Below are positions 36,700-53,548 of a stretch of 64,000 bases of DNA, in pieces. The notes under the pieces are model-generated. The model worked only from the letters and a program-made list of their open reading frames with translations. It ran no database searches and was not told the origin of the DNA. The stretch's first letter is position 1. The number at the start of each line of letters is the position of its first letter. The DNA is from Guillardia theta CCMP2712 (taxonomy: Eukaryota > Protista > Cryptophyta), in assembly GCF_000315625.1 (NCBI RefSeq), contig NW_005434626.1:65001-129000 (forward strand). The letters are read 5' to 3'. A program made the translations under genes and the position numbers.

Positions 36700-39180
36700 T
36701 GCCGGGAGAGACGATGAAGCGAATGCGAGGCCATCGAGACTTGTGGGCAACAGAGAGAAGCTCTCTGATATCCCGCCTGAAGATGGTCAGAGAGGACAGG
36801 GAGGATGAGACCTTGGCTTGGGGCCTCTGCTGCTGTTTGAGGCGAAGTCAATGCGATCCAGTGATGATATCTTGTATTATTGAATGAATAGAAGGAAACT
36901 GATGCACAATGGCATGACTGGCAAGAGCTGGGAGATGACATGGGCTCTAAATTTTCTTCCTGGAATCTCGAAGTATCGACATGTGCCAACCTTGTCTGGA
37001 GCCGCAGAGGGTTCACCTTTTCTCAATCTTGTCTCGTCCTAGACGAGGTAGCCCACCTCTTGCACTATTTCAGTCTGCCTGCTTGCCCGAGCATGAGCAA
37101 CCGCCTCCCTTGCAGCAGGAGGTGGCATTGCGTTGCCCAGCTCCTGCCCGCTCGGACTACAAGGCGGCCCCTCCTCTGCCTGAGACTTGTCATAACCCGA
37201 CCTCCCTGCTGCTGCTACACTCGTCCTCGTGAATTGCTCGGGCCAAGGCACCGCGCTGCCGGACCTCCTACCTAGCGGAGTATATTACATCACATCAACC
37301 ACATTAGAGCACATCAACCATATTAGAGCACATCAACCACATTAGAGCACATCAACCACATTAGAGCACATCAACCATATTAGAGCACATCAACCACATT
37401 ACACCACATCAACCACATTAGAGCACATCAACCACATTACACCACATCAACCACATCAAGCACATTAGAGCACATCAACCACATTACACCACATCAACCA
37501 CATTAGAGCACATCAACCACATTACACCACATCAACCACATTACACGCACATCAACCACATTAGAGCACATCAACCACATTACACCACATCAACCACATT
37601 AGAGCACATCAACCACATTAGAGCACATCAACCATATTAGAGCACATCAACCACATTAGAGCGACATCAACCACATTAGAGCACATCAACCATATTAGAG
37701 CACATCAACCACATTAGAGCACATCAACCACATTAGAGCACATCAACCACATTACACCACATCAACCACATTACACCACATCAACCACATTACACCACAT
37801 CGACCACATTAGAGCACATCAACCATATTAGAGCACATCAACCATATTACACCACATCGACCACATTAGAGCACATCAACCACATTAGAGCACATCAACC
37901 ATATTAGAGCACATCAACCACATTAGAGCACATCAACCATATAAGAGCACATCAACCATATAAGAGCACATCAACCATATAAGAGCACATCAACCATATT
38001 AGAGCACATCAACCATATTAGAGCACATCAACCACATTAGAGCACATCAACCACATTAGAGCACATCAACCATATAAGAGCACATCAACCATATAAGAGC
38101 ACATCAACCATATAAGAGCACATCAACCATATTAGAGCACATCAACCATATAAGAGCACATCAACCATATAAGAGCACATCAACCATATTAGAGCACATC
38201 AACCATATTAGAGCACATCAACCACATTAGAGCACATGAAGGAGATGAGGAGGGTCGCTCGCCCGCTCTCCCCGAACCTTGTCTGTCGTTGAAGATCTGT
38301 ATGGTTTGAAACGTCGACCGATCGGAGGGAACAAGTTGCATGTGAGGCTGCCACGGCTGCATCTGGATGGTAGAGTAGAAGTCGTTGGTGTGCCGCTGGC
38401 TCGCGCTCATGGTCTTGTAGACGGTGTTGCTGCTTCGGGTCGCGTCAGGCTCGGCAGAAGAAGAGGAGATCGACCTGGTCTCTTGGGGGCTCTGAAACAA
38501 GTTTGGCTGGTACTGGCATGCTAGTCAGTCTGCGGTACAAGAGCTCTCTTCTCCTACCGACATGTACTGCGTCCCTGCCTGCGTGTACATGGGCATGTAG
38601 CTGGCGCTGCGGGAGGCTGTGAGCGAAGGGGAGGAGGGGAGGAGGGGACCTGAGGTAGTAGGGGTGGGCATACGGCGAAGGCTGAGAGGTCATCATGTTG
38701 GGGTTGAGAGCGACCTGAGACCTGAGGGAGAAGCGATCGGGTCAGCAGAGAAGCGAAACAGCACAAGAGGACCAGGGGCTGAAGGGCGACGCCTGATACG
38801 CCATGGGATTCATCTGGACGGCAAGTTAGGGAGCCAAGGAGGAACAGAGAGCGGAGAGCAAAAGAAAATCAGAGATACAAGCGCTCTATGAGGTCAGTGA
38901 AGGAGATGTGGAGATACAAGCGCTCTATGACGTTAGTGTTGCATGCGCCATGCGGTGATTGGAAGCCTCATGCATGGAGAGCTCCATACATGAGATAAGA
39001 CAAGGACGATGACAGAAGTTGAAGATAAGGACGGGGAAGGGAAGGGAAGCAAGGGGAGGCGGAGGGGGGGGAAGGCGAAGAGGAGCGAGGGAGGGAGGCG
39101 AGGGAGGGAGGGAAGCGATTAGGTCCAACGAACGGTAATTAGATTCTATTAGACTGAAATGGAGGGCGGGAAACATGTCG
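36700..39180 (-). CDS. Hypothetical multi-exon protein whose intron contains the 19-bp minisatellite
   Basis: Coding-like pieces at 38280-38700, 37050-37270 and 36880-37020 with plausible GT/AG boundaries; low complexity, no domain; ends uncertain. Confidence 0.35.
37291..38236. repeat. Minisatellite, 19-bp unit CACATCAACCA(C/T)ATTAGAG, about 50 copies
   Basis: Direct tandem array with variant units (..CATTACAC, ..TATAAGAG); no spacers. Confidence 0.97.
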
Positions 39181-39517
39181 CAGAAGAATGAGGATGGTAC
39201 GGCCCTACTCGCCTCCCTTGCCCCTCCTCTTCCACACCCTCCTCAAGCTTGTCTACCAGCACCCGAACTCACCCTCTTCTTCCTTACTTGCTCGTCCTCC
39301 CAGTCCTCCTGATCTCACGCTCATTCCTCTGCTGCTTTTCCTCGTCTTCCTCCTGCCCTCAACCTCTTCAAGTGTAGAGAGTAGGAAGAAAAGCCATGAG
39401 GAGAAGAGCGACGAATAATGAGAGGAGGAGAGCGAAAGGAGAATGTTGAGTGAGGAAAGACGTGAGGAGGGGCTTCTGAATGATACGACAGGAAAGAAAG
39501 AATTCCTCAAAGAGGAT

Positions 39518-40013
39518 GTTTGACAGCAGGAACAGATCTTCGTCTTTGACAGCAGGAACAGATCTTCGTCTTTGACAGCAGGAACAGATCTTCGTCTTTG
39601 ACAGCAGGAACAGATCTTCGTCTTTGACAGCAGGAACAGATCTTCGTCTTTGACAGCAGGAACAGATCTTCGTCTTTGACAGCAGGAACAGAGCTTCGTC
39701 TTTGACAGCAGGAACAGATCTTCGTCTTTGACAGCAGGAACAGATCTTCGTCTTTGACAGCAGGAACAGATCTTCGTCTTTGACAGCAGGAACAGATCTT
39801 CGTCTTTGACAGCAGGAACAGAGCTTCGTCTTTGACAGCAGGAACAGAGCTTCGTCTTTGACAGCAGGAACAGATCTTCGTCTTTGACAGCAGGAACAGA
39901 TCTTCGTCTTTGACAGCAGGAACAGATCTTCGTCTTTGACAGCAGGAACAGATCTTCGTCTTTGACAGCAGGAACAGATCTTCGTCTTTGACAGCAGGAA
40001 CAGATCTTCGTCA
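39518..40013. repeat. Minisatellite, 26-bp unit TGACAGCAGGAACAGATCTTCGTCTT, about 19 copies
   Basis: Near-perfect head-to-tail array; a single T>G variant (CAGAGCTT) in three units. Confidence 0.97.
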
Positions 40014-40881
40014 TGTATTTCTGTCCCTGTTCATGTCACCTTCCTGAGCTTTGAGTGATATTGCCGTCTCAAGATTGAGTTTTAAAGACGTTTATCCCAT
40101 GGATTCAAGACGTTGTCTATTGTCTCTTACGTTTGAAGAAATCTTTCTCGTGTGTCTTTTGTGCATACAACATGTGTGTGTGACTGCTAAAGTCTGTTCT
40201 GCCAACATGAACCCTCCTACCCGTTTTGAGGGTCAAAACTTCAGTCGCTCTCATCTCGCAACTCTCACGCTGATTCAAGCACTGCCTGTGCCTGAGTGCT
40301 TGGACGGCTGCAGCAACTGAAGTTGAGATGGCAGTCATTCGTGACTTCAATTCGGTCTCGCCCCATTCAAGTAGTCAGATATGCATGACGAGAGTCGATA
40401 CTCCTCTCCTCACAATCAACTCACAGCTTTGACGCTGCTCTTCTGTTCAAATCTGCCCTCGTCCATGTCCTGCCTCCCCTCCCCTCCCCTCCCCTCCCTC
40501 CCCTCCCTCCCCTCCCCTCCCCTCCCTCCCCTCCCCTCCCTCCCCTCAATCTCTTTCGCTGCTTTACGCATTTTTGACTTGATTCCGACAGTCACCCTTC
40601 GCATCTTCACCCCACCCCACCCCACCTTCAACCTTCACTTGGGGAGAAAGTTGACAAACTTCTTAGAGGGTTGGGATACTTTCTGTACTCTTCTGTATCA
40701 TCCAGAGGTCAGCAAAGTTATAAGTCGAGCATTAAGATATATTGCGACATCACTGAGGTAGGCCACTGAGATGGGCGGGGGGGGATGGAGGGATACAGAA
40801 ACCAGGGGTTGTGGTTTTGTCCTCAGCTTTGCGTTGCTTGCAAGACATGGGGTGGGGTGGCACTGGGTAGCGGAGGACAAA

Positions 40882-46218
<5,337 letters not shown>

Positions 46219-46587
46219 GATGACAGGAAGAACGGAGATCTCATCTCCTACATCTAAACCTTCTGCCATTCCCTCTCCCTCTTTTCTCGTCCTACTCTAC
46301 TCCCCTTCTCGTTCTCCCTTCCATCCTCCCTCTCCCTCTTATCCCACACTCCTCCCTTTCCCTCCACTCGTTGAAATGTTCAGGTCTTATTCAATAAACG
46401 TGTCGCATCCGACCCCTTCTCCTCTCTCGTCATGCCCTTTACGGCCGCCAGCATCATCCCTAGCAGAGCGGCGCCAACGAGGGTGCGACGCAGGAGCAAG
46501 GAGGCGGAGGCGGAGGAGGAGGAAAGAGAGAAGAGAAACTCGTCGAAGCTGCGGGGCGTCAGGCAATCAAGAAACGCTACAAGGAGA

Positions 46588-47211
46588 TCAGGCTGACCGG
46601 AGGAAGGAGTAAGGCTCACAGTCCAGCAGCTCTCCAGCAGACGAAATGTCGAGGTGAATTTCATCGATCAAACTCTCTGCATCTGAAGTCAGGCAGGACA
46701 ACATGGACCTCCTCTCTCCCTCCCCCTCTCCTACCAAGTGACTCGAACTTTGCTTCTGCCCGCAGGTGACCTACGATGACGATCTTGATGGAAGAGCCGT
46801 AGAAGTCGTCAGGGAAGGAGTGGAGGAGGTGGGGCTCCACCGTCATGCTCGTGTTTGCGAATTGCGGGTTCCCTGCCAAGAGTAAGCAGAGAGGAGATGA
46901 AAGAGGGAGAGGGGAGATCAGAGGAGATCAGAGGAGATCAGAGGAGGAGGGGCTACATCCAACCGACGTCACCATCTTGTAAGGACCAACGCCGTCAACC
47001 GTCGCCCATCCGAAGTAAATGCCTGTTTCAAAGGAGCGAGGCAGTTGCTTCAGCGCGTCGTGCGGCAGGTTGGCTGCCATGGCGTCAGGATGGAGGAGGA
47101 GAGTAGAAGCGAACCTGTGGGGATGCCGAGCACTTTGCTTCCTCTCCCAAACCCTTTCACTACTTCTCCGCTCATCCTCACCGGAGCTTCCAGCGCCCTG
47201 GGCTCTCGCAT
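46588..47211 (-). CDS. RFK: Riboflavin kinase
   Basis: MSGEVVKGFGRGSKVLGIPT|ANLP..GIYFGWA..MVTSVG|WNPQFANTSMTVEPHLLHSFPDDFYG..GHLRAEAKFESL..LIDEIHLDI. Termini approximate. Confidence 0.92.
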
Positions 47212-47952
47212 CTATCGAGCATCGCGGTGAGGCCAATGGAGTGATGAGAGACGAGGAGGAACGAAACCAAGATAGGAGGCGAGAAAGTGAAGAATCAAGG
47301 GATTCATGGAGGGCGGGACCTACAGACGGGCAGGGGGGAAGGAAACCGAAGGAAACCGAAGGGATTGTGGGGGAGGAGGACATGGGAGGAGGATCGAGCA
47401 ACTCTACCGCAACCGCCGGCATGGCGAAGCAGGGCAGGGATGAGGCGCTCAGAGCAGCCCGCCTCAGTACAATCCGAAGCCCTGACTACCTGCTGACTAC
47501 CCGGGGGCCCCCGGGCCCCGGCCACACCGTCACCGTGACTGGCACGGTGTGACACACTGGCACCACCCCAACTTCCCCCTAGCTGCCATGTCAGCCGGCC
47601 AGCGCCCGGCCGCCCCGGCTGCCGGGTGCGTGACGGCCCGGTGTCAGTCATGGCCCAGTGGCGGGCTCAGCCCCCGGACACGCCCGGCCGACTCTGTTAC
47701 CGTACTCGTCGCCGTAGTACCGTACTTACCGTACCAGTACGCCGGCTACCGTTACTCGTACTACGGTACGTACTACGGTACTACCGGCGGTACTCAGTAT
47801 TACTCGTAGGCTACGGTACTCAGTGACTGCTGCTCGTACGCCTGCCCCTGTACTATGATGGTACTCATCACGTGATTCGTAGCACGGTACCGGTACTGTT
47901 CATGGTTACTCGTACGGCTACTACCGGGTACTATTTTTCACTGTGACTGTGC

Positions 47953-48450
47953 ATGTTTGCATTCCACATCATCATTCTCATACTCGCATGTGTCGCCCGT
48001 AGTAGTCGCTCGGACGGGTCTTGCACCCGTACGTCTGGCTCCTGCCCTTCCGTGTCAGTGGGATGCCACTGTCAAGACCAAACTGAGCTACATGGTTCGC
48101 TTCTCAGCCCATGCAACATCTACGTGAGGAGCATCGTGACCCGCAGATGCACGGAAGGCGTCCTGAGCGAGAGGGACTCTTGCTCGCCCTCCAACTCTAC
48201 ATCATCCCCGAGTCAACATCCACGCCTGGCATGTTCATGTTGAGGAGGAGGATGCGGCACTGACCTCCCGTGCTGAGAGCGGGCGCTCATGCAGCCGTCG
48301 ATGCTTTCAAGGCTCGACTTTAGATCCTTGTGATGGCGCGTTCGAGCTCGCTGCTTCCATGCGTAGTCAGCAGCTAGAAGACAGGAGGAAGATGAGGGTG
48401 ACCTGACTGGCATTAGCTGAGAGGTCAAGGAAAGATTCTCTGCAGACGAT
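47953..48450 (+). pseudogene. Exons of a secreted Cys-rich protein interrupted by the downstream insertion
   Basis: Signal peptide MFAFHIIILILACVARSS and Cys-rich exons; the next exon (D-IDSEEWR) is split by the 48451-50932 element. Confidence 0.35.
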
Positions 48451-50932
48451 TGTCACAGAACTTTAGGCACACAAAGAGCTGCTCGTCTTCCTGTTTGACT
48501 GGCTGGGATAGTGCTTGCGAGCATGACGCGAACCGCTGGCCTCCTGTTCAGGGTTGTTATCAATGATTGCAGGGCTGCATCCCCTCCAGCAGCTCTCGCC
48601 GATGCCTCTGACCGTGGAGCTGTTGACGAGGTCTGAGTTCGAGGCGATGTTGGCTGTGTTGCACAGTCTTCCTTGGCAGTCGATCTTCCTCAGGCTGCGC
48701 GTGCCCTCTCCCTGTGCTGACAGCAGCTGTCTGCCCATGACGGGCTGTAGTTGCGTGAGGGAGGTGAAGAGGACAAGAGCGAAAACCTTGATGACGGCGA
48801 AGCGGCTGCAGGAGAGAGGCGCCACTCTACTCGAGCTGACGAGACATGAATGCACCTCCAGCAACCTGACATGGCGTTACCTCCCAGCTGGTGGCTCGCG
48901 GGCCTCGTTGATCTTCGTTGCAGCTTGTCGCTCCGCCGCCTTCACAGCCGCCTGCACACGCAGATCAAGAAACTAGGGTACATCCGTCCCTCAATGATGC
49001 TGGAGCTAGGTGAAGAAACTAGGTACATCCGTCCCTCAATGATGCTGGTGCTAGGCGAAGAAACTAGGTACACTTGTCCCTCAATGATGCTGGTGCTAGG
49101 TGAAGAAACTAGGTACACTTGACCCTCAATGATGCTGGAAGAATCCATGCACATCACCTTGGCTGTCGCTTCGATCCAGCTCGCCATGCGAGCGATTCAG
49201 TGAAGACCGTTAAAACACAGACAAGTGGGTCAATCTTTCAAACTTCCTTTCAAATTTTCAAAAATGAAGAAACCAAAATAAAATATGATTGACAAACCTA
49301 GTCAACTTATCACAGCAACTCAAAGCATCACAGAGCAAAGTAGTGCTTCCGAATCTCCTCCTCCTCCTCCTCCTCCTCCTCCTCCTCCTCCTCCTCCTCT
49401 GACTTTGTCGAGGAGCCTGAGGAGCCTGAAGCTTCGATCGATTTTTCGGACTCTTTGACGGTGGGCCTGCCCAGGCGGCTGATGACCGTTGCGGAGCTGG
49501 AGAGCAGGAAGGAATCGTATTGAGCAGGAGTGGGCAGCAAGGGAAGATATGGTCTTGTCTTACAGCCACGAGGGCAGCAAGAGAAGCTATGGTCTTGTCT
49601 TACAGCCACGAGGGCAGCAAGGGCTCTAACGGCAGCACGATTGGATGAACCTCGAGGAGGAGCAGGCAGCAGATCTAAGAAGATGAACGAGGGATGCTCA
49701 CTCGTGCAAGAGGCAAGCCTCACCACCCCTGGTGGTTCCCCTCGACTATAAAAGAATCGTCAACAACTGCCGAATCGATAGTGTTTGTGTTATAACCTTC
49801 ACATCTCTACTCTTCACCTCTACGTGATCCAGCCGAGGTGCCTTGAGCATGCGCTGTAGACGTCTGCAACCCAAAAAGCGTCGGGGGGTGACACGATTTG
49901 GTAGCGTTAAATGGTAGCGTTAAACCCTAAACCAGGTGTAGTGCTTTGTGAAGTTTCCTTCTGTTCCCCTCTCCCATTTGTTTTACTTTCTTGCTTCTGG
50001 ATTACTGTATGTCGTAGCCTCCGGAGAGCTCGAGCGGCGTGGGCCTACTGGGGTACACTTGAGTCAGATACCTCGCGACAAAGAAACAGTTCAAGTGTCT
50101 CATCAGAGTCCCAGGCAACACCCGAAGGTGAGGTTGACCATCATGCCATGCTTTTATCAGGAGCAGCTTGCCATTCACCGTCCGAACCTAGAAGTCTACC
50201 TACACCTTAACCACCTTGCTTGGCTGCCGTACCTTCTTTGATCATTAGCTTACTGGACTCTACTACCTTGCTTGATTAGCTTGCTTGGTCAGCTGAGCCG
50301 CAAAGCGCTGATACAGGTCAACAGTCATGGTTGAGATGATCCACTGAGCCATTCTTCATTGATTGCTGCTGCATTCCTCTTCATGGCATATCGTTCACTG
50401 ATCCATCTATTCCCGTATCGTGAGACAAGTCAAGGCCGCGCCAAGGCCCTACTACCTCTGGTGGCCCTCCTCCCTCCTCCTGCCCTCCCTTCCCCATCCA
50501 GGCCCTAGGCCTGCATCCAGGCGTCATCCAGCAAGGGCTCCCAGGGCCCCAACCAGCAGCCAACCCATGCTCGATGGTCTTCCCTAGGCTCCGTCCTCGA
50601 TGTTCTCGTGCTCTAGCTTGCACGTGCTCCTTGTCTTTCCTTCCTCTGACTTGCTCCTTGTTCTCGTTTCTAGTTTTTTTCCCACGCCCGTATCCTTTGC
50701 TCCTGCTTGTTTCTTGCGCCGTATATGTTCGATCAACCTCCTCCCAACTGTTGATCTATTTCTCGTTCCTCTCTCCTCTCCATCTCTTTCAATCTCTCTT
50801 CTCTGCTTTCCTTTACCATCTCCTCTCTTTGCTGCTCCGTCCCTCCTTGCTCTTGTTTTCTTCAAGCCCGCGGTCCGCTGTCTTGTACAGCTCCGTCTCA
50901 AAGAATAAAAAACCGTACAAATCATAATGACA
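48451..50932. mobile_element. Putative solo LTR / non-autonomous insertion bounded by TGTCA...TGACA
   Basis: TG..CA inverted termini; imperfect target duplication GACGAT/GACAT; AATAAA ~25 nt from the 3' end; internal tandem repeats (42-bp unit x4 at ~48969-49138, ~40-bp duplication at ~49548-49620). Removal restores an in-phase exon. Confidence 0.45.
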
Positions 50933-50995
50933 GACATAGATTCAGAGGAATGGAGGTTGAGAGAGCGAGCGAGTTTGTTTGACCTCTGCAGGCAG

Positions 50996-52640
50996 ATGCT
51001 TCTCTTCCGCCTCTCGTTATGCTTGATGATGCTAGCAACTCGAGCAACTTCCCATCTGCTCGGAGACACGTGCACTGTGAGGCTTCACCTCTCTCGTTTC
51101 TCATCCCTTCTGTCTTTTCCTCTCTCTTTGCATCTCACTTAGATTCAGATTGCTGGCAACGGAGCCACTGGTTATGCCGATGGAGCTGCAGGGGCTGCGA
51201 GTTTTTCGGGGCCCTCAGGCATCTCAACGTGGGCCAACGGTAGGGGTGAGGCCGAAGCCCCACGCCTGAGAGAGCAGCAGGGAACTCCATCCTTGTGGTC
51301 GACACTGGAAACAACGTGGTCAGGCTGCTCGCCAGCGCACAGGTGAATCAGGCGAGCCGCTGCCGAACCTCTGAAACCTGCTGGGAGGTCTCGACGATCG
51401 CCGGGAACGGGAGGCAGGGCGTCGCAGACGGTCAGGCGACATCGGCTGAGTTCAAGTCACCTCAGTGAGTGCCTTGTGCCTTGCTCATGCTGCTTGCACA
51501 GCTCTCCCAGCGACGTGGCCACCAAGACTGATTTCAACACGGGCATGGTGACGGCGCTGGTAAGCGACACCAACAACAAGAAGATCAGGTTCCTCTACGT
51601 GGGTCAAGAACAGGTCGGGAGGTCTGCCAAGCTTGAGCCCTCCTCTGATGTCCCTGACTGTGTTGGTCATCAAGCTTTGTCCAGACTTCCATGCAACAGC
51701 CGTCAGGTGGTTTGTGTCTTGTTATCCCATCGTGACAGACCTCGCATCTCTCAGCTCTTGCGCTGGCCCCGAACCAGGCGACTCTCATCGTTTCTGACCT
51801 TGAGCTCCATCAACTCCTGACCTTCAACATGGCTGATGGCAAGACTTCGAAGTTCGTGGGAAACGGACAACGAGGATATCAAGACGGCGCAACAGCATCG
51901 TTCAACGGCCCGAGAGGACTGACTTTCTCGCCCGATGGAACCTACGTATGCTCTCCTGCTCTCACGCCCATGACCAGCACCTGCTGCAGATTCTTGTGGC
52001 TGACACAGGCAACCATGTCGTGAGGAAAATTGACGTGGGCTCAGCCATGACCTCCACCCTCGCTGGGGCAGCGGGGATGGCGGGATACCAGGACGGGATG
52101 GGAGTGGATGCGAGGTGAGAGGGAAAGGAGGGAGGAGGAAGTTGACGCGCGCAGGTTTCAATCTCCCTACGGCATCACCATCGACTCTGTCGGGCAGTTC
52201 GCGTATGTCTCAGAGACCGACGGGAACAGGATCAGGTGCCTGTGACAGGCGGGGGCCTTGAAGCCTCTGACGCCTGCCAAGGATGATCGACCTTGCAACA
52301 AACGTCGTGTCCTCCATCAGCGGAAGCAGCCTCGGCCTTGCAGGCTCCCAAGACGGAGAAGGATACACAGCGCGATTCAGCGGTGGAAGCGTCATGACGA
52401 CGTGACAATCAGCTGAGGAGGATGTGACTGGGGAGCTGCAGGTCCCAAGGGGGTGACGCTCATGAACGATCAAGTGCTGCTGGTGTCAGACTCGAACAAC
52501 AACCGAATCCGAGCGGTTGCGACCAAGGTGATAAAAGCTCAAGCGATCCGAGCTGACTTCTCTCATATGGTGCCAACAGGATAACATAAAGATCGATCTT
52601 TGTGTATCATCGACTACCACTCAGAATGCGTATGCTTGAG
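50996..52640 (+). CDS. Secreted NHL-repeat (six-bladed beta-propeller) protein
   Basis: MLLFRLSLCLMMLATRATS signal peptide; repeats IAGNGATGYADG..FSGPSGI, VVDTGNNVVR, IAGNGRQGVADG, VSDTNNKKIR, FNGPRGL, VADTGNHVVR, VSDSNNNRIR. Confidence 0.85.
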
Positions 52641-53548
52641 TCCCATCCTCTCTTTTTGTCTCCTAACTCAACCGAATAGGACCGCGACTGCCAACGAGTT
52701 GAACCTTGATGCTCGCGTAAGTGTAACAAGCCTCCTGAGTATGATTCTGCTTCTTGCGTGGACGTGTTAGATTTAGATAGATTTACAAACATGCTGCCAG
52801 AAACAACTGATGCTCGCCTGATAGTAGAAGCTACTTTCCCCATATCAAATGAGCTTCTTCACCTAAGTTCACCTCTTCTCACTCTCCGAGTCAGTCAAGT
52901 GACATCGGTCAAGGACACTCGAGAACAGCTAAGCGCCTTCAGGCGGCCCGAGACCGACCGTAGGCTGAAGGAGACATGGTGAGGAAAACACGCACACAAT
53001 TCGCAACGACAAGAGCTGCGCAAACACACAACTTCCCTTGGCACAGTACCGTCATCAGCGCAGCCCTGCATCAGTCTGTCCGCTGCCCTACCAGGTGGAC
53101 ATGTCCGTTCTCCGGCGCCGGGAGGTTGGCAGAGCTACCAATTGCCGCCCGCTTTGTGGCGGCAGCGGACGTCTCGACTGACAGTGGTCAGTCGGCTGCC
53201 TCCGGGTATCGCGTCTAAGGGATTTATTCCTCCTGCATGTTGTTGCTTGATTGCTTGTCCCTTCGGCTGCTTGTCTGCACGGCTTCGCGCTTGGGCTGGC
53301 GGTGCCGCGTCTGGGTGCCAGCAGTGCTGGTTCTTTTCGGGCTTGTGTTTTGTGTGTGATTGTGCAGCTTCTCGCTGTGCGCTGTGTGCCAGGAGGTTTA
53401 GCTTGATCCTGCTTTGTTTTGCTTGAGGCACTTTTTACCTTCTGCCAGTAAATCCAATACCGATGGGGGAAACACGTCGAGTGGCGCCGACGATCGGCGC
53501 GGAGCTGGCGAAGCGTCTCCGTCCCTCACTGTGACGTCGGGTGCCTCC

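Noticed and set aside
37291-40013. Two short-repeat arrays as CRISPR arrays
   Set aside because: Units are directly adjacent with no unique spacers, there are no cas genes, and the context is eukaryotic.
39253-40014. 253-aa Cys-rich repetitive ORF
   Set aside because: Artefact of translating the 26-bp tandem repeat (78-nt periodicity through all three frames).
49921-49933. TAAACCCTAAACC telomere-like motif
   Set aside because: Under two units; no telomeric array here or between the retrotransposon copies.
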